Source: Syntrophales bacterium
GTDB lineage: Bacteria > Desulfobacterota > Syntrophia > Syntrophales > UBA2210
Direction: 5' to 3'
NCBI GenBank assembly: GCA_023228425.1
Contig: JALOBE010000005.1
Span: 30,986-94,985 of the forward strand
Length of the DNA: 64,000 nt
Shown: positions 28,336-36,826 of the stretch, in pieces
Layout of the letters: the number at the start of each line of letters is the position of its first letter
Numbering within the stretch: the stretch's first letter is position 1
Notes under the pieces: generated by a model
What the model was told of the DNA's origin: nothing
The model's database searches: none
The model's input: only the letters and a program-made list of their open reading frames with translations
Translations under genes and position numbers: made by a program

Positions 28336-28653
28336 ACAGATAATCCGGGGGCATTTTTCGAAAACCGCCGATAACCTTGCGTGAGGACGGGGTATGGAGA
28401 CGCTGGGGTGTACAGATTCAAAACAACTGACCGATGGGGAGGCGGTATGTATTCGAAGCATGAAACCGGCGACATTCCTGCGACGGTTTCAGCGCCATAT
28501 AGAAACATCCGACTGGGATGAGCAGATTGCCAGTGCCGGTTCCTTGTTTGACAGGATCTGCCTGGTTGCGGTTATCCTGTCGGGCATCGGCATCGTTCCC
28601 GTCATCATTGCCGTCCTCACCACGTAACCTCCTGCTTTCTTCCGAGTCTTACC

Positions 28654-29706
28654 ATGAGAAGAATCCTGCACATCGACATGGACGCCTTCTTTGCCGCTGT
28701 GGAAGAGAAGCGAAATCCCGCGCTGAAGGGGAAACCCGTTGTCATCGGCGGCCGGGGCGATCCGACCAGGCGGGGTGTTGTTTCCACAGCCGACTATGAA
28801 GCCAGGAAATATGGTATTCATTCGGGGATGCCGCTGAGAACCGCATTCAAGCTCTGTCCCTCGGCGATTTTTCTTCCTGTAGATTGCGAGGCCTATGCCG
28901 CCGTTTCCCGTCGATTCAAAAAGGTGCTGGTCGGTGTCACGCCGATAATGGAGGATGTCGGTATTGATGAAGCCTTTCTGGATATTTCGGCTCTGCCGGA
29001 CTCCAACGAAGCCATCGCCGCCGCTATCAAGGCTGGAATTTATGACGCGACGGGACTGACCTGTTCCATCGGTATCGCCCCGAACAAGCTCCTGGCAAAA
29101 ATCGCATCAGACATGCGGAAGCCCGATGGTCTTACCATTCTTACCGACAACGATATAAAACGCGGGTTATGGCCCCTGCCGATCAGAAAATTACACGGGA
29201 TCGGACCCAAAACGGAAGAGAACCTGAAAGCGCTGAACGTTGAAACCATCGGGCAGCTGGCACAATTCTCTCTTGAGACACTGGTCGGGCGATTCGGCCA
29301 TTTCTACGGACATTACCTTCATGACGCGGCGAGAGGCATCGACGACAGACCTGTTGTAACGCACCGGGAACCAAAATCATTCAGTCGCGAGGAAACCTTT
29401 CAGGAAGATGTGAGAAACTGGCAGGCCATCGCCAGGACCATCGCGGAGCAGACAAAGGAGGTCGTTTCCGATCTCGTCGGGCAGGGCTACGGAGCAAGAA
29501 CCGTGACAGTGAAAATCCGCTACAGTGACTTCCGGACGATAACGAGAAGCTGCTCAGTTTCTGAAAGTGTCAGAAAAGAAGATGACATACGACGCATGGC
29601 CTTTTCCTGTTTGAAGCGGGTCGATCTCGAGGGGAAGAAGGTCCGGCTGGTCGGCGTCAGGGTCGGCAACATCAAAACCTGTGAACCCCGGGGCAGCACC
29701 CGTTAA
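28654..29706 (+). CDS. dinB: DNA polymerase IV
   Basis: MRRILHIDMDAFFAAVEEKRNPALKGKPVVIGG and the rest of the Y-family core. Confidence 0.95.
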   Translation: MRRILHIDMDAFFAAVEEKRNPALKGKPVVIGGRGDPTRRGVVSTADYEARKYGIHSGMPLRTAFKLCPSAIFLPVDCEAYAAVSRRFKKVLVGVTPIMEDVGIDEAFLDISALPDSNEAIAAAIKAGIYDATGLTCSIGIAPNKLLAKIASDMRKPDGLTILTDNDIKRGLWPLPIRKLHGIGPKTEENLKALNVETIGQLAQFSLETLVGRFGHFYGHYLHDAARGIDDRPVVTHREPKSFSREETFQEDVRNWQAIARTIAEQTKEVVSDLVGQGYGARTVTVKIRYSDFRTITRSCSVSESVRKEDDIRRMAFSCLKRVDLEGKKVRLVGVRVGNIKTCEPRGSTR

Positions 29707-29777
29707 AAGGCACCCTTGAGGCATGTTGTTTCGATTGTGCCGTTGTGGCCGTGGGACGGTACACACTCGAGACGAGA

Positions 29778-31115
29778 TCAATCCATATGTTCGAGGACTC
29801 TCTGTGAGGGCTGTTTTCCCAGGAGGACCATGCCGAAGTGTTCGTATTTTTCGCCTGTTCTCGGATCCGCGTCATGCCATCGCGCGAGAAACTCCCGCTC
29901 CCTCAGCCATGTGCGCCGGATCGAAGCGGGATCTTCAAACAGGAGAACATCCTTGTCAAGACCGATGGCTATGACGTAATGGCCGTGGTCCCATTCACGG
30001 CGCCACTCGTCGAGTGTCATGTACCGGTCCGCCCAGGCCTGCAGAAGGACGATCACCGGGGTTCCCATCCTGACATAATCCTTGACCTGGTTCAGCGACC
30101 AGTGCGTCCCGTATTTCACTTCGAAGCCGAAACGCCCGGCGACGCTGACAAGAGCCTGTGGAGGCGTTCCCTCTTTTTCGGATGTTTCCAGGGCTTCCAT
30201 CAGCGCGTCTCCCCGGATATCCGTTCCGTAGTAATGCATCACCGTCTGCAAGGCCTGGGCACCGCAGTCGTAGTCATAGGTTTGCCTGCCACCGTGCAGA
30301 TCGATCAGTGTCGGCTTCTGCGATTCGTGAATTGACCGGAGTGTCTGCACGAGGGATTCGGCAAATATCCGGCGAAGCCGGTTGATTTTCGCCACGTCGG
30401 GAGTGCCGTCCCTGTTCTTGAACAGGCCCTCACAGGTTTCCTGGATAAAGGCGGGTGCACGGGCTCCGACACGCTTTGCGGCATTGACTGAATGGGCGGC
30501 GCACACGTGGCCGTGAACACGGTAATATTCCGAACCGTTCACAGTGACCAGGACATCGGGAAGGCGCGTGCGCAGTTCGGCGGCATAGGTTTCCACGATA
30601 CCATCGGGGCAGTAGTGAAGCGGCTTTTCATCGTCGTCGGTATGCTGAAAATTCATGATGTCGACCTGGTTTTCGACGATCCCGCGAGCGGGAACCGTGG
30701 AATGACCGTCGAACAGAAGTTCAGCGCCGGCGGAAATTGTCTGCTCGATGCTCCGGTGAAAGGGCTTCAGGTACTTTTCCGACCAGGCGGCACGCATGGA
30801 TGGTGAGGGTTCACAGCCTTGCCGGTAAACAGGGCGTCCGAAGGCATCCAGCAGCGGGACGCTTTCTTCGATGCGGGCCGGGTCACGGTTCGCATCGAGG
30901 AGGATGCTGCAATAGGGGAAAACGATATGATGGTTCGCGAGGATATCCCGAAAATCGTAGAGCCATTGGGTATGCCAGTCGACATTTTTCACGAGGTCGG
31001 AGAGCTCGACAGACAGGTCATCGAGGGCAATTTCAGGAGGTATCACGATGCCGCTGTGGGGCACCACCACCAGGATATCCGAGCCGGTCGTGACGGTTGT
31101 CGCCCTACTTTTCAC
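29778..31115 (-). CDS. Fusion protein: N-formylglutamate amidohydrolase (FGase)-like domain plus C39-like papain-fold cysteine peptidase domain
   Basis: N half: VVVPHSGIVIPPE, LLDANRDP, LFDGHST (FGase-type motifs). C half: YDYDCGAQALQTVMHYYG (Cys) and DHGHYVIAIGLD (His), typical of Peptidase_C39_2. Confidence 0.65.
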   Translation of the reverse strand: MKSRATTVTTGSDILVVVPHSGIVIPPEIALDDLSVELSDLVKNVDWHTQWLYDFRDILANHHIVFPYCSILLDANRDPARIEESVPLLDAFGRPVYRQGCEPSPSMRAAWSEKYLKPFHRSIEQTISAGAELLFDGHSTVPARGIVENQVDIMNFQHTDDDEKPLHYCPDGIVETYAAELRTRLPDVLVTVNGSEYYRVHGHVCAAHSVNAAKRVGARAPAFIQETCEGLFKNRDGTPDVAKINRLRRIFAESLVQTLRSIHESQKPTLIDLHGGRQTYDYDCGAQALQTVMHYYGTDIRGDALMEALETSEKEGTPPQALVSVAGRFGFEVKYGTHWSLNQVKDYVRMGTPVIVLLQAWADRYMTLDEWRREWDHGHYVIAIGLDKDVLLFEDPASIRRTWLREREFLARWHDADPRTGEKYEHFGMVLLGKQPSQRVLEHMD

Positions 31116-31590
31116 AGGCCATGATCTCCTTGCGAAAGACGAGTTTGTTGTCTTTGTCGCGATAGAAGTCTTTTAAAACGGCCGCCAGAGAGTAGCCGTG
31201 CTTTCGGTACAGGGCCCTCGCGGCTTCGTAGGGGGCCGTGGACGATGTCTCGATATAGACCGTTCCCCCTCCCTGGTCGGTGATGGAAGCCTCCATGAAT
31301 GCCAGCAGTTTCGAGCCGATGCCGCGCCTTGCCGTGCCGGGATCAACGGCAATCCAGTAGAGATCGAAGGAGTGCGCCGTCATGGGAACCGGTCCGAAGC
31401 AGATATAGCCGAAAAGGGTCCTGTCCGTACCGTAAAAGCCAAAACCGCGGTACCCGCTCGCGGCTCCTTTTTGAAGAATTTCATCAACCAGTTCCATGGC
31501 CACACGGTGTTCTTCCCTGCTGAACACGCCCGTGGCCTGAAGAAGCAGGCTTACAGCGTTTCTGTCGGAAGGTGTAAGGGGTCGAATCAC
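31105..31590 (-). CDS. GNAT-family N-acetyltransferase
   Basis: Motif A RRGIGSKLLAFME. 161 aa. The GTG start overlaps the upstream stop (GTGA). Confidence 0.8.
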   Translation of the reverse strand: MIRPLTPSDRNAVSLLLQATGVFSREEHRVAMELVDEILQKGAASGYRGFGFYGTDRTLFGYICFGPVPMTAHSFDLYWIAVDPGTARRGIGSKLLAFMEASITDQGGGTVYIETSSTAPYEAARALYRKHGYSLAAVLKDFYRDKDNKLVFRKEIMACEK

Positions 31591-32591
31591 GGCTTGGACG
31601 TCCTGTTCAGGGCTGATGCAAGTATCCTTCCGATCATCTCCGCATAAGTGCCTCCCGTCTGCCCGAAGGCCGCGGCGAAGCCCGCGTCGGGGCTGAGGCA
31701 GGGGTTGGCGTTGATCTCCAGAACGGAAATCTCTCCCTTCGAGGTCAGCCGCATGTCTACCCGTCCATAGTCCCGAAGGTGAAAAAGTCGGAAGCAGAGA
31801 AGGGCCGTTTCCTCGAGGTCGTGTGCCAGGTCATCGTCGAGGTCGGCGGGGAATACTCGGGGACTGTTGACGTATTCCGGGGAATCCACATCCCACTTGG
31901 CGGCGTACCCCAGGATCGGGTACAGGCCTTCCGGGAAGGATGAATAATCGATTTCGGCCACAGGAAGTGGTGTCGGTGAAGGATTGCAGATGACGGACAG
32001 GTTGAATTCCCGTCCGTTTATATATTCTTCCACAATACATTCCCCGAATCGGGCTTGAGAGAGGGGCAGGAACTTCGCCAGCGCTTCAGGGTCTTCACAG
32101 ATAGATTCCTGGTCGATTCCGATGCCGGCGTCTTCGAAGCGGGGTTTCACGATGACGGGGAATCTCAGGGTGTGGGGATTCCAGGGCGAATGTCCGTCGT
32201 ATACCAGGAACCCGGGTGTGTTTATGCCCGACGCGGCCATGACCAGTTTCGCCATCCCCTTGTCGGTGCTGTACATGAGCGCTTGAGACGATGACCCGGT
32301 GAATGGAATGTCCATCAGTTCGAAAACAGCAGCGGGGTGGGGCCCCAGGGAGGCATCTTCATCGACGGTCTCGCACAGGTTGAAAATAACACCGGCATCG
32401 GTTTCCCTGAAGCGAGCCAGAAAGGCATGGAGGTCCCGGGTGAAGGGAACTCTGGAAAAAGGATAGCCCAAGTGACCGAGGGCCTCCTCCACGGCCTCCA
32501 ACTGAACAATCACATCCAGGGATGCCGCGTAGCCGGGAGCTCCTTCGCTGGCAGGAACATTGTGAACCAGGGCGATCAGTGGTTTCTTCAT
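31587..32591 (-). CDS. ATP-grasp ligase, D-alanine--D-alanine ligase-like (copy B)
   Basis: Ddl-like layout: FPVIVKPRFEDAGIGI, VEEYINGREFNLSV, DYGRVDMRL...VLEINANP. Confidence 0.8.
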   Translation of the reverse strand: MKKPLIALVHNVPASEGAPGYAASLDVIVQLEAVEEALGHLGYPFSRVPFTRDLHAFLARFRETDAGVIFNLCETVDEDASLGPHPAAVFELMDIPFTGSSSQALMYSTDKGMAKLVMAASGINTPGFLVYDGHSPWNPHTLRFPVIVKPRFEDAGIGIDQESICEDPEALAKFLPLSQARFGECIVEEYINGREFNLSVICNPSPTPLPVAEIDYSSFPEGLYPILGYAAKWDVDSPEYVNSPRVFPADLDDDLAHDLEETALLCFRLFHLRDYGRVDMRLTSKGEISVLEINANPCLSPDAGFAAAFGQTGGTYAEMIGRILASALNRTSKP

Positions 32592-33586
32592 AGTGCCATG
32601 GAGGCCGGCGTGTCTTCCATACGGGTCAGCGCGGCGTCAAGTATCGCCCTGATGAGGGACCTGTAGGGCATTCCCGTTCGGGAAGCGAGAATGGACAGGT
32701 CCGAATTTACCGGGTGAAGCCCGGCGAGAGGGTTCAACTCGATGACATTCGGAATACCTTCTTCATCTTCCCGGATATCGACTCGTCCGGCGTCACGGCA
32801 ACCGAGGCCGCGCCATGCCGCGAGGGCCGTTTCCGCCGCTTTCAGGGCACCCCGATCCCGGACGAGACGATAGATCACCCGTTCTTTGTAGTGTTCCTTG
32901 TTCGCGAAGGAATATACTCCCTTTTCAGCGTTTCCCCGAAGCAGGACCTCAAGAACGCCGAGACACGCCGCCCTTTTGCCCGTTCCCAGGATTCCCACGG
33001 TAAACTCACGGCCCGGAAGATAGGTTTCAACCAGGGCCGGTTGCTTGAAATCGCCGATGATCCTGGCACAATGGGCGACAAGATCGGCACGGTTCGTTAC
33101 CCGCGAGGATTCCCGGATACCCTTGCTCGTGCCTTCAGCAACGGGTTTTACGAAGAGTGGCCAGGGGAGGGAGATATGCTCCATATCTTCCGTATCCTTC
33201 ACGACCGCAAAGTCCGGTGTAGGGATATGCAGGTCCCGCAGCACGTGCTTCGCCATTCCCTTGTGGAGCGAAAGGGCCAGCGTCAGAGGATCGGAGAAGG
33301 TGTAGGGAATGTCATAGGCCTCCAGCAGTGCAGGCACCTGAGATTCCCTTCCGAACCCCTTGAGTCCTTCGGCAATGTTGAAAACCAGGTCCCATCGGTC
33401 ACCGGTTGCAAGGCGGGCCGTCAGTGCCCGGACGTTACCGATGGCGATCGGCTCATGTCCCAGCTCGTGGAGCGCTCCCGCTATCGCGTCGATGGTTTCC
33501 TTCGAGTCAAACTCGGCGACGGCTTCCCGGCTGTAGCCGGTGCTGAGGTAGTCGTCGATACGGTCGTAGGTCATGCCGATTCTCAT
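32588..33586 (-). CDS. ATP-grasp ligase, D-alanine--D-alanine ligase-like (copy A)
   Basis: PLFVKPVAEGTSKGI, VETYLPGREFTVGI, DAGRVDIR...VIELNPLAG. The stop overlaps the next start (ATGA). Confidence 0.8.
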   Translation of the reverse strand: MRIGMTYDRIDDYLSTGYSREAVAEFDSKETIDAIAGALHELGHEPIAIGNVRALTARLATGDRWDLVFNIAEGLKGFGRESQVPALLEAYDIPYTFSDPLTLALSLHKGMAKHVLRDLHIPTPDFAVVKDTEDMEHISLPWPLFVKPVAEGTSKGIRESSRVTNRADLVAHCARIIGDFKQPALVETYLPGREFTVGILGTGKRAACLGVLEVLLRGNAEKGVYSFANKEHYKERVIYRLVRDRGALKAAETALAAWRGLGCRDAGRVDIREDEEGIPNVIELNPLAGLHPVNSDLSILASRTGMPYRSLIRAILDAALTRMEDTPASMAL

Positions 33587-33588
33587 GG

Positions 33589-34926
33589 CTAATGAACTCC
33601 TTCATCAATCAGCGCGTGGGAGAGCTCGGCATTGTCTCGGTAACGGTACATTTTCCCTTCGAAATTCTTCAGCAGAACCGTGTCTCCGTCATGTCCCATG
33701 ACACATTCGGGCATTACCGGAATCTTCCCCCCGCCCCCGGGGGTGTCGATAACGTAGAGAGGAACGGCAAAGCCTGTCGTATATCCCCGCAGGTCCTTCA
33801 TTATCGAGAGTCCCGTCGACAGGGATGTCCGGAAATGTCCTGAACCGACGATGGGGTCGCACTGAAAAAGATAGTAGGGCCGGACCCTCATGCGTAGCAG
33901 CCCGTGAAAAAGCTCCATGAGCGTGGAGGAGCGGTCGTTTATTCCGGAAAGCAACACCGTCTGGCTCTGGAGGGGAATGCCGGCGTCGGCAAGTTTTTCA
34001 CAGGCCCGGCGTACTTCCTCCGTCAACTCCTCGGGGTGAGTGAAGTGCAGGTTTACCCACAGAGGATGGTATCGCTTCAGCATGCGCGTCAGGGGCTCCG
34101 TGATCCGTTGAGGAAGCACTACGGGCGCCTTCGACCCGATGCGCAGTATTTCCACGTGGGGAATGCGGCGGAGCCGGGTCAGGAGCCACTCAAGCCGGTC
34201 ATCGGAGAGCGTCAGGGGGTCTCCCCCGGAAATGACCACGTCCCGGATCTGCCTGTTTGATTCAATGTATTCGATGCCCGCCCGCCACCGTTCAACAGTT
34301 CCCCCCCGTCCCGCTCCGGGACGCCCCACCATGCGGGAACGCGTACAATAGCGACAGTAGGTGGAGCAGAAATCGGAGACCAGGAAGAGGACCCTGTCGG
34401 GATAGCGGTGAACAAGGCCCGGTACGGGCGTGTGGGCGTCTTCGCTGAGGGGATCCTGCAGTTCACCCGGTGAATGGATCATCTCTGCGGTGACGGGAAC
34501 AACGGTTCGCCGAAGGGGGTGCGAGGGATCGTCGGGATCGAGAAGACTCGCGTAATAGGGGGTAATCAGAAACGGAAAGCCTCCCGTTCCGAGGGAAAGA
34601 GCCGCCCGTTCATCATGGCTGAGGTTCAGAATTTTTTCCAGATCAGGGCCTGTTTCAAAGGCATTCCGTATCTGCCAGCGCCAGTCGTTCCACTGGGCGT
34701 CGGTGATCTCCGAAAAGAAACGTCCCCGAAACGCGGCGGTTCGGGAGCCCATGGACTCCCTTGCAGCCATTGTGTTTCCGGGGACTGTTCCGCTGTGGCT
34801 TGCCGGGGCCGTTCCCGCCTCCTGTCGTAGGGGAGGCTCCACCTCTTCCATTTCCATACTTTCCTGCTGCATCGTCATCACTTCTCCATTCCATCTGTAA
34901 TGCCGGACAGGCACTGATCCTTTCAC
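33589..34926 (-). CDS. kamA: Lysine 2,3-aminomutase (radical SAM, KamA family)
   Basis: WNDWRWQIRN, the CSTYCRYCTRSR cluster motif, PYYLFQCD and VIDTPGGGGKIPV. Collinear with Clostridium LAM, as I recall its sequence. The N-terminal ~70 aa may not be translated. Confidence 0.85.
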   Translation of the reverse strand: MKGSVPVRHYRWNGEVMTMQQESMEMEEVEPPLRQEAGTAPASHSGTVPGNTMAARESMGSRTAAFRGRFFSEITDAQWNDWRWQIRNAFETGPDLEKILNLSHDERAALSLGTGGFPFLITPYYASLLDPDDPSHPLRRTVVPVTAEMIHSPGELQDPLSEDAHTPVPGLVHRYPDRVLFLVSDFCSTYCRYCTRSRMVGRPGAGRGGTVERWRAGIEYIESNRQIRDVVISGGDPLTLSDDRLEWLLTRLRRIPHVEILRIGSKAPVVLPQRITEPLTRMLKRYHPLWVNLHFTHPEELTEEVRRACEKLADAGIPLQSQTVLLSGINDRSSTLMELFHGLLRMRVRPYYLFQCDPIVGSGHFRTSLSTGLSIMKDLRGYTTGFAVPLYVIDTPGGGGKIPVMPECVMGHDGDTVLLKNFEGKMYRYRDNAELSHALIDEGVH

Positions 34927-34954
34927 AGATCAGGCTTCCGTTACCTGTAAATTA

Positions 34955-34969
34955 GCAATCCATATGCCA
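34955..34969 (-). promoter_or_regulatory. Sigma-54 (-24/-12) promoter of the kamA operon
   Basis: The minus strand reads TGGCATATGGATTGC (consensus TGGCAC-N5-TTGC) and ends about 29 nt upstream of the first possible start (GTG 34926). Confidence 0.75.
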
Positions 34970-35023
34970 CAGTAATAACGTCTTATTATTACTACGATTA
35001 TGTACTTGTCGCAGGTTGATTCA

Positions 35024-35158
35024 GGAACGCAAAGTTCCGCTTTTCCGTCCGGGGAATGGCGACGGCAGGTTTTATTGCGCTTAAGCTATTGAAATTATGG
35101 AGGATAATGAATAGGAACAGAAAGTTCCTGTTTTGTCATGACCGGAACCACGAGTTCC
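35024..35158. promoter_or_regulatory. Three GGAAC-N5-GTTCC palindromes, candidate enhancer (UAS) sites
   Basis: GGAACGCAAAGTTCC (35024-38), GGAACAGAAAGTTCC (35114-28), GGAACCACGAGTTCC (35144-58). The last two are 30 bp apart centre to centre. All lie 60-200 bp upstream of the sigma-54 promoter. Confidence 0.6.
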
Positions 35159-35205
35159 TGTCAGAGCGTCGACGGCTGGAACGGCGCTCAAAATGGTCGC
35201 CCGTC

Positions 35206-36645
35206 TCAAGGGTTTTTCCCCGAAGGCCGAGGGCCGGTACCGGGAGGTTTGAAATATTCCTTCCTGAAACCGTGTCGTTTCATCAGCTTCGAGATCTGAC
35301 GCGTGGTGATCCCGGCACGGCGGGCCGTTTCTTTGATGCTTCCGCCTTCTTCCGTCAGAAGATCTTGCAGATAGCGTTTCTCGACGGCTTCAACGGCCCT
35401 GCGCCTCGTGTCGGCAAGCGTCGTGAAGGTGTCAACCGTGAAGGTCGGCGACGGGCCGTCGGTATCGAATAGTTCTCCCGGAAAGCTCTCCGGCGTGAGA
35501 ACCGGTGATGTTTCGATGATGTGAGCACGTTCAATGAGATTCTGCAATTCACGAATGTTTCCCGGCCAGGAGTATTCCTGAAAGGCCGCGAGTACGTCAG
35601 GGTGCACATCATGAATGACCTTTGTGGAGAACTTGTTGAGCTTCTTCAGGAAAAAGGAAACGAGAAGAGGAATGTCCTCCCGCCGATCCCGCAGGGGAGG
35701 CATTTCTATAGGGAAGACGTTCAGGCGGTAATAAAGGTCTCTTCTGAATTGACCTTCATTGATGAGCTTCCGGAGGTCTATGTTCGTTGCCGCTATGACC
35801 CGGACATCGGCCTCAAGGGCTTCTTCCCCTCCCACACGGCTGAATATGCCGTCCTGCAACACCTGGAGCAGCCTGATCTGGGCGGCAAGGCTGATCGTTC
35901 CAATTTCGTCAAGAAAAACAGTTCCTCCATGGGCAATCTCGAATTTGCCCATCTGTCGCCGGACGGCCCCCGTGAAAGCTCCCCGCTCGTGACCGAACAG
36001 TTCACTTTCAAGAAGACTTTCGGGAATGGCGCCGCAGTGGACACTGATGAACTGCCCCTTTTTCCGGTTGCTGTGCCGATGAATCAGCTTGGCCAGAACG
36101 CCTTTCCCCGTGCCCGTTTCACCGGAGATCAAAACGGTGCTGTTCGTTACCGCCACGGATCGGACTTTGTCGAGAAGTTTCATCACGGCGGGACTCCTGG
36201 TCTGGATCAGCTCGAGGGCGTCTCCTTCCCAGAACTGGCTTTGCATGTAATCGAGGGTCGACTGGACGATTATTGACTCGTAGAGGCTTTCGGTGACGTA
36301 TTTCACCTCGTCGGTATTCAGGGGGTAGGTCAAATAGTTGCTTGCACCTTCCTTGACGACGAGCACTGCTTCCCGGATCATTGCCTGGGGAGCCATGACG
36401 ATTATTTCAATATCGGGATAGGCCACCCAGTAGAGCTGCATGGCTCCCTTGTAATTACCATCGGGACTGGACTTCCGCAACATGTCAAGATCTATGAACA
36501 CAAGATCGTGACGATGGCGCTGGAGAAGATGAAGCGCCGCAGCCTGGTCGGACGCATGGTCGATCCTGGTTTGCGGACGGGAACGGAAGGAGGCCGCAAT
36601 CTGTTGATAGGCATCCTGATCTGCCAGAACGAGAAATGATTTCAT
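35206..36645 (-). CDS. Sigma-54-dependent transcriptional activator with an atypical receiver domain (NtrC family)
   Basis: AAA+ core (GETGTGKGVLAKLIH, GAFTGA, DEIG), C-terminal Fis-type HTH, N-terminal CheY-like fold (DLVFIDLDM). Confidence 0.9.
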   Translation of the reverse strand: MKSFLVLADQDAYQQIAASFRSRPQTRIDHASDQAAALHLLQRHRHDLVFIDLDMLRKSSPDGNYKGAMQLYWVAYPDIEIIVMAPQAMIREAVLVVKEGASNYLTYPLNTDEVKYVTESLYESIIVQSTLDYMQSQFWEGDALELIQTRSPAVMKLLDKVRSVAVTNSTVLISGETGTGKGVLAKLIHRHSNRKKGQFISVHCGAIPESLLESELFGHERGAFTGAVRRQMGKFEIAHGGTVFLDEIGTISLAAQIRLLQVLQDGIFSRVGGEEALEADVRVIAATNIDLRKLINEGQFRRDLYYRLNVFPIEMPPLRDRREDIPLLVSFFLKKLNKFSTKVIHDVHPDVLAAFQEYSWPGNIRELQNLIERAHIIETSPVLTPESFPGELFDTDGPSPTFTVDTFTTLADTRRRAVEAVEKRYLQDLLTEEGGSIKETARRAGITTRQISKLMKRHGFRKEYFKPPGTGPRPSGKNP

Positions 36646-36826
36646 CCGATTCTCCGAAGCGATTGATAGTATGGCTTCTGGAGAGGCTTTTAGTACTCTT
36701 TTCGGAGGAAAACAAGAACTTTCATGGTCCTGAAACCGGGATGAATCAGGAGGCGCGGTGTTCAGGACCTTCCCGTGACCCCGGACCTTCCGGGGGGTTG
36801 AAGGGGTTGAGGGGAGGAGAGCAATC

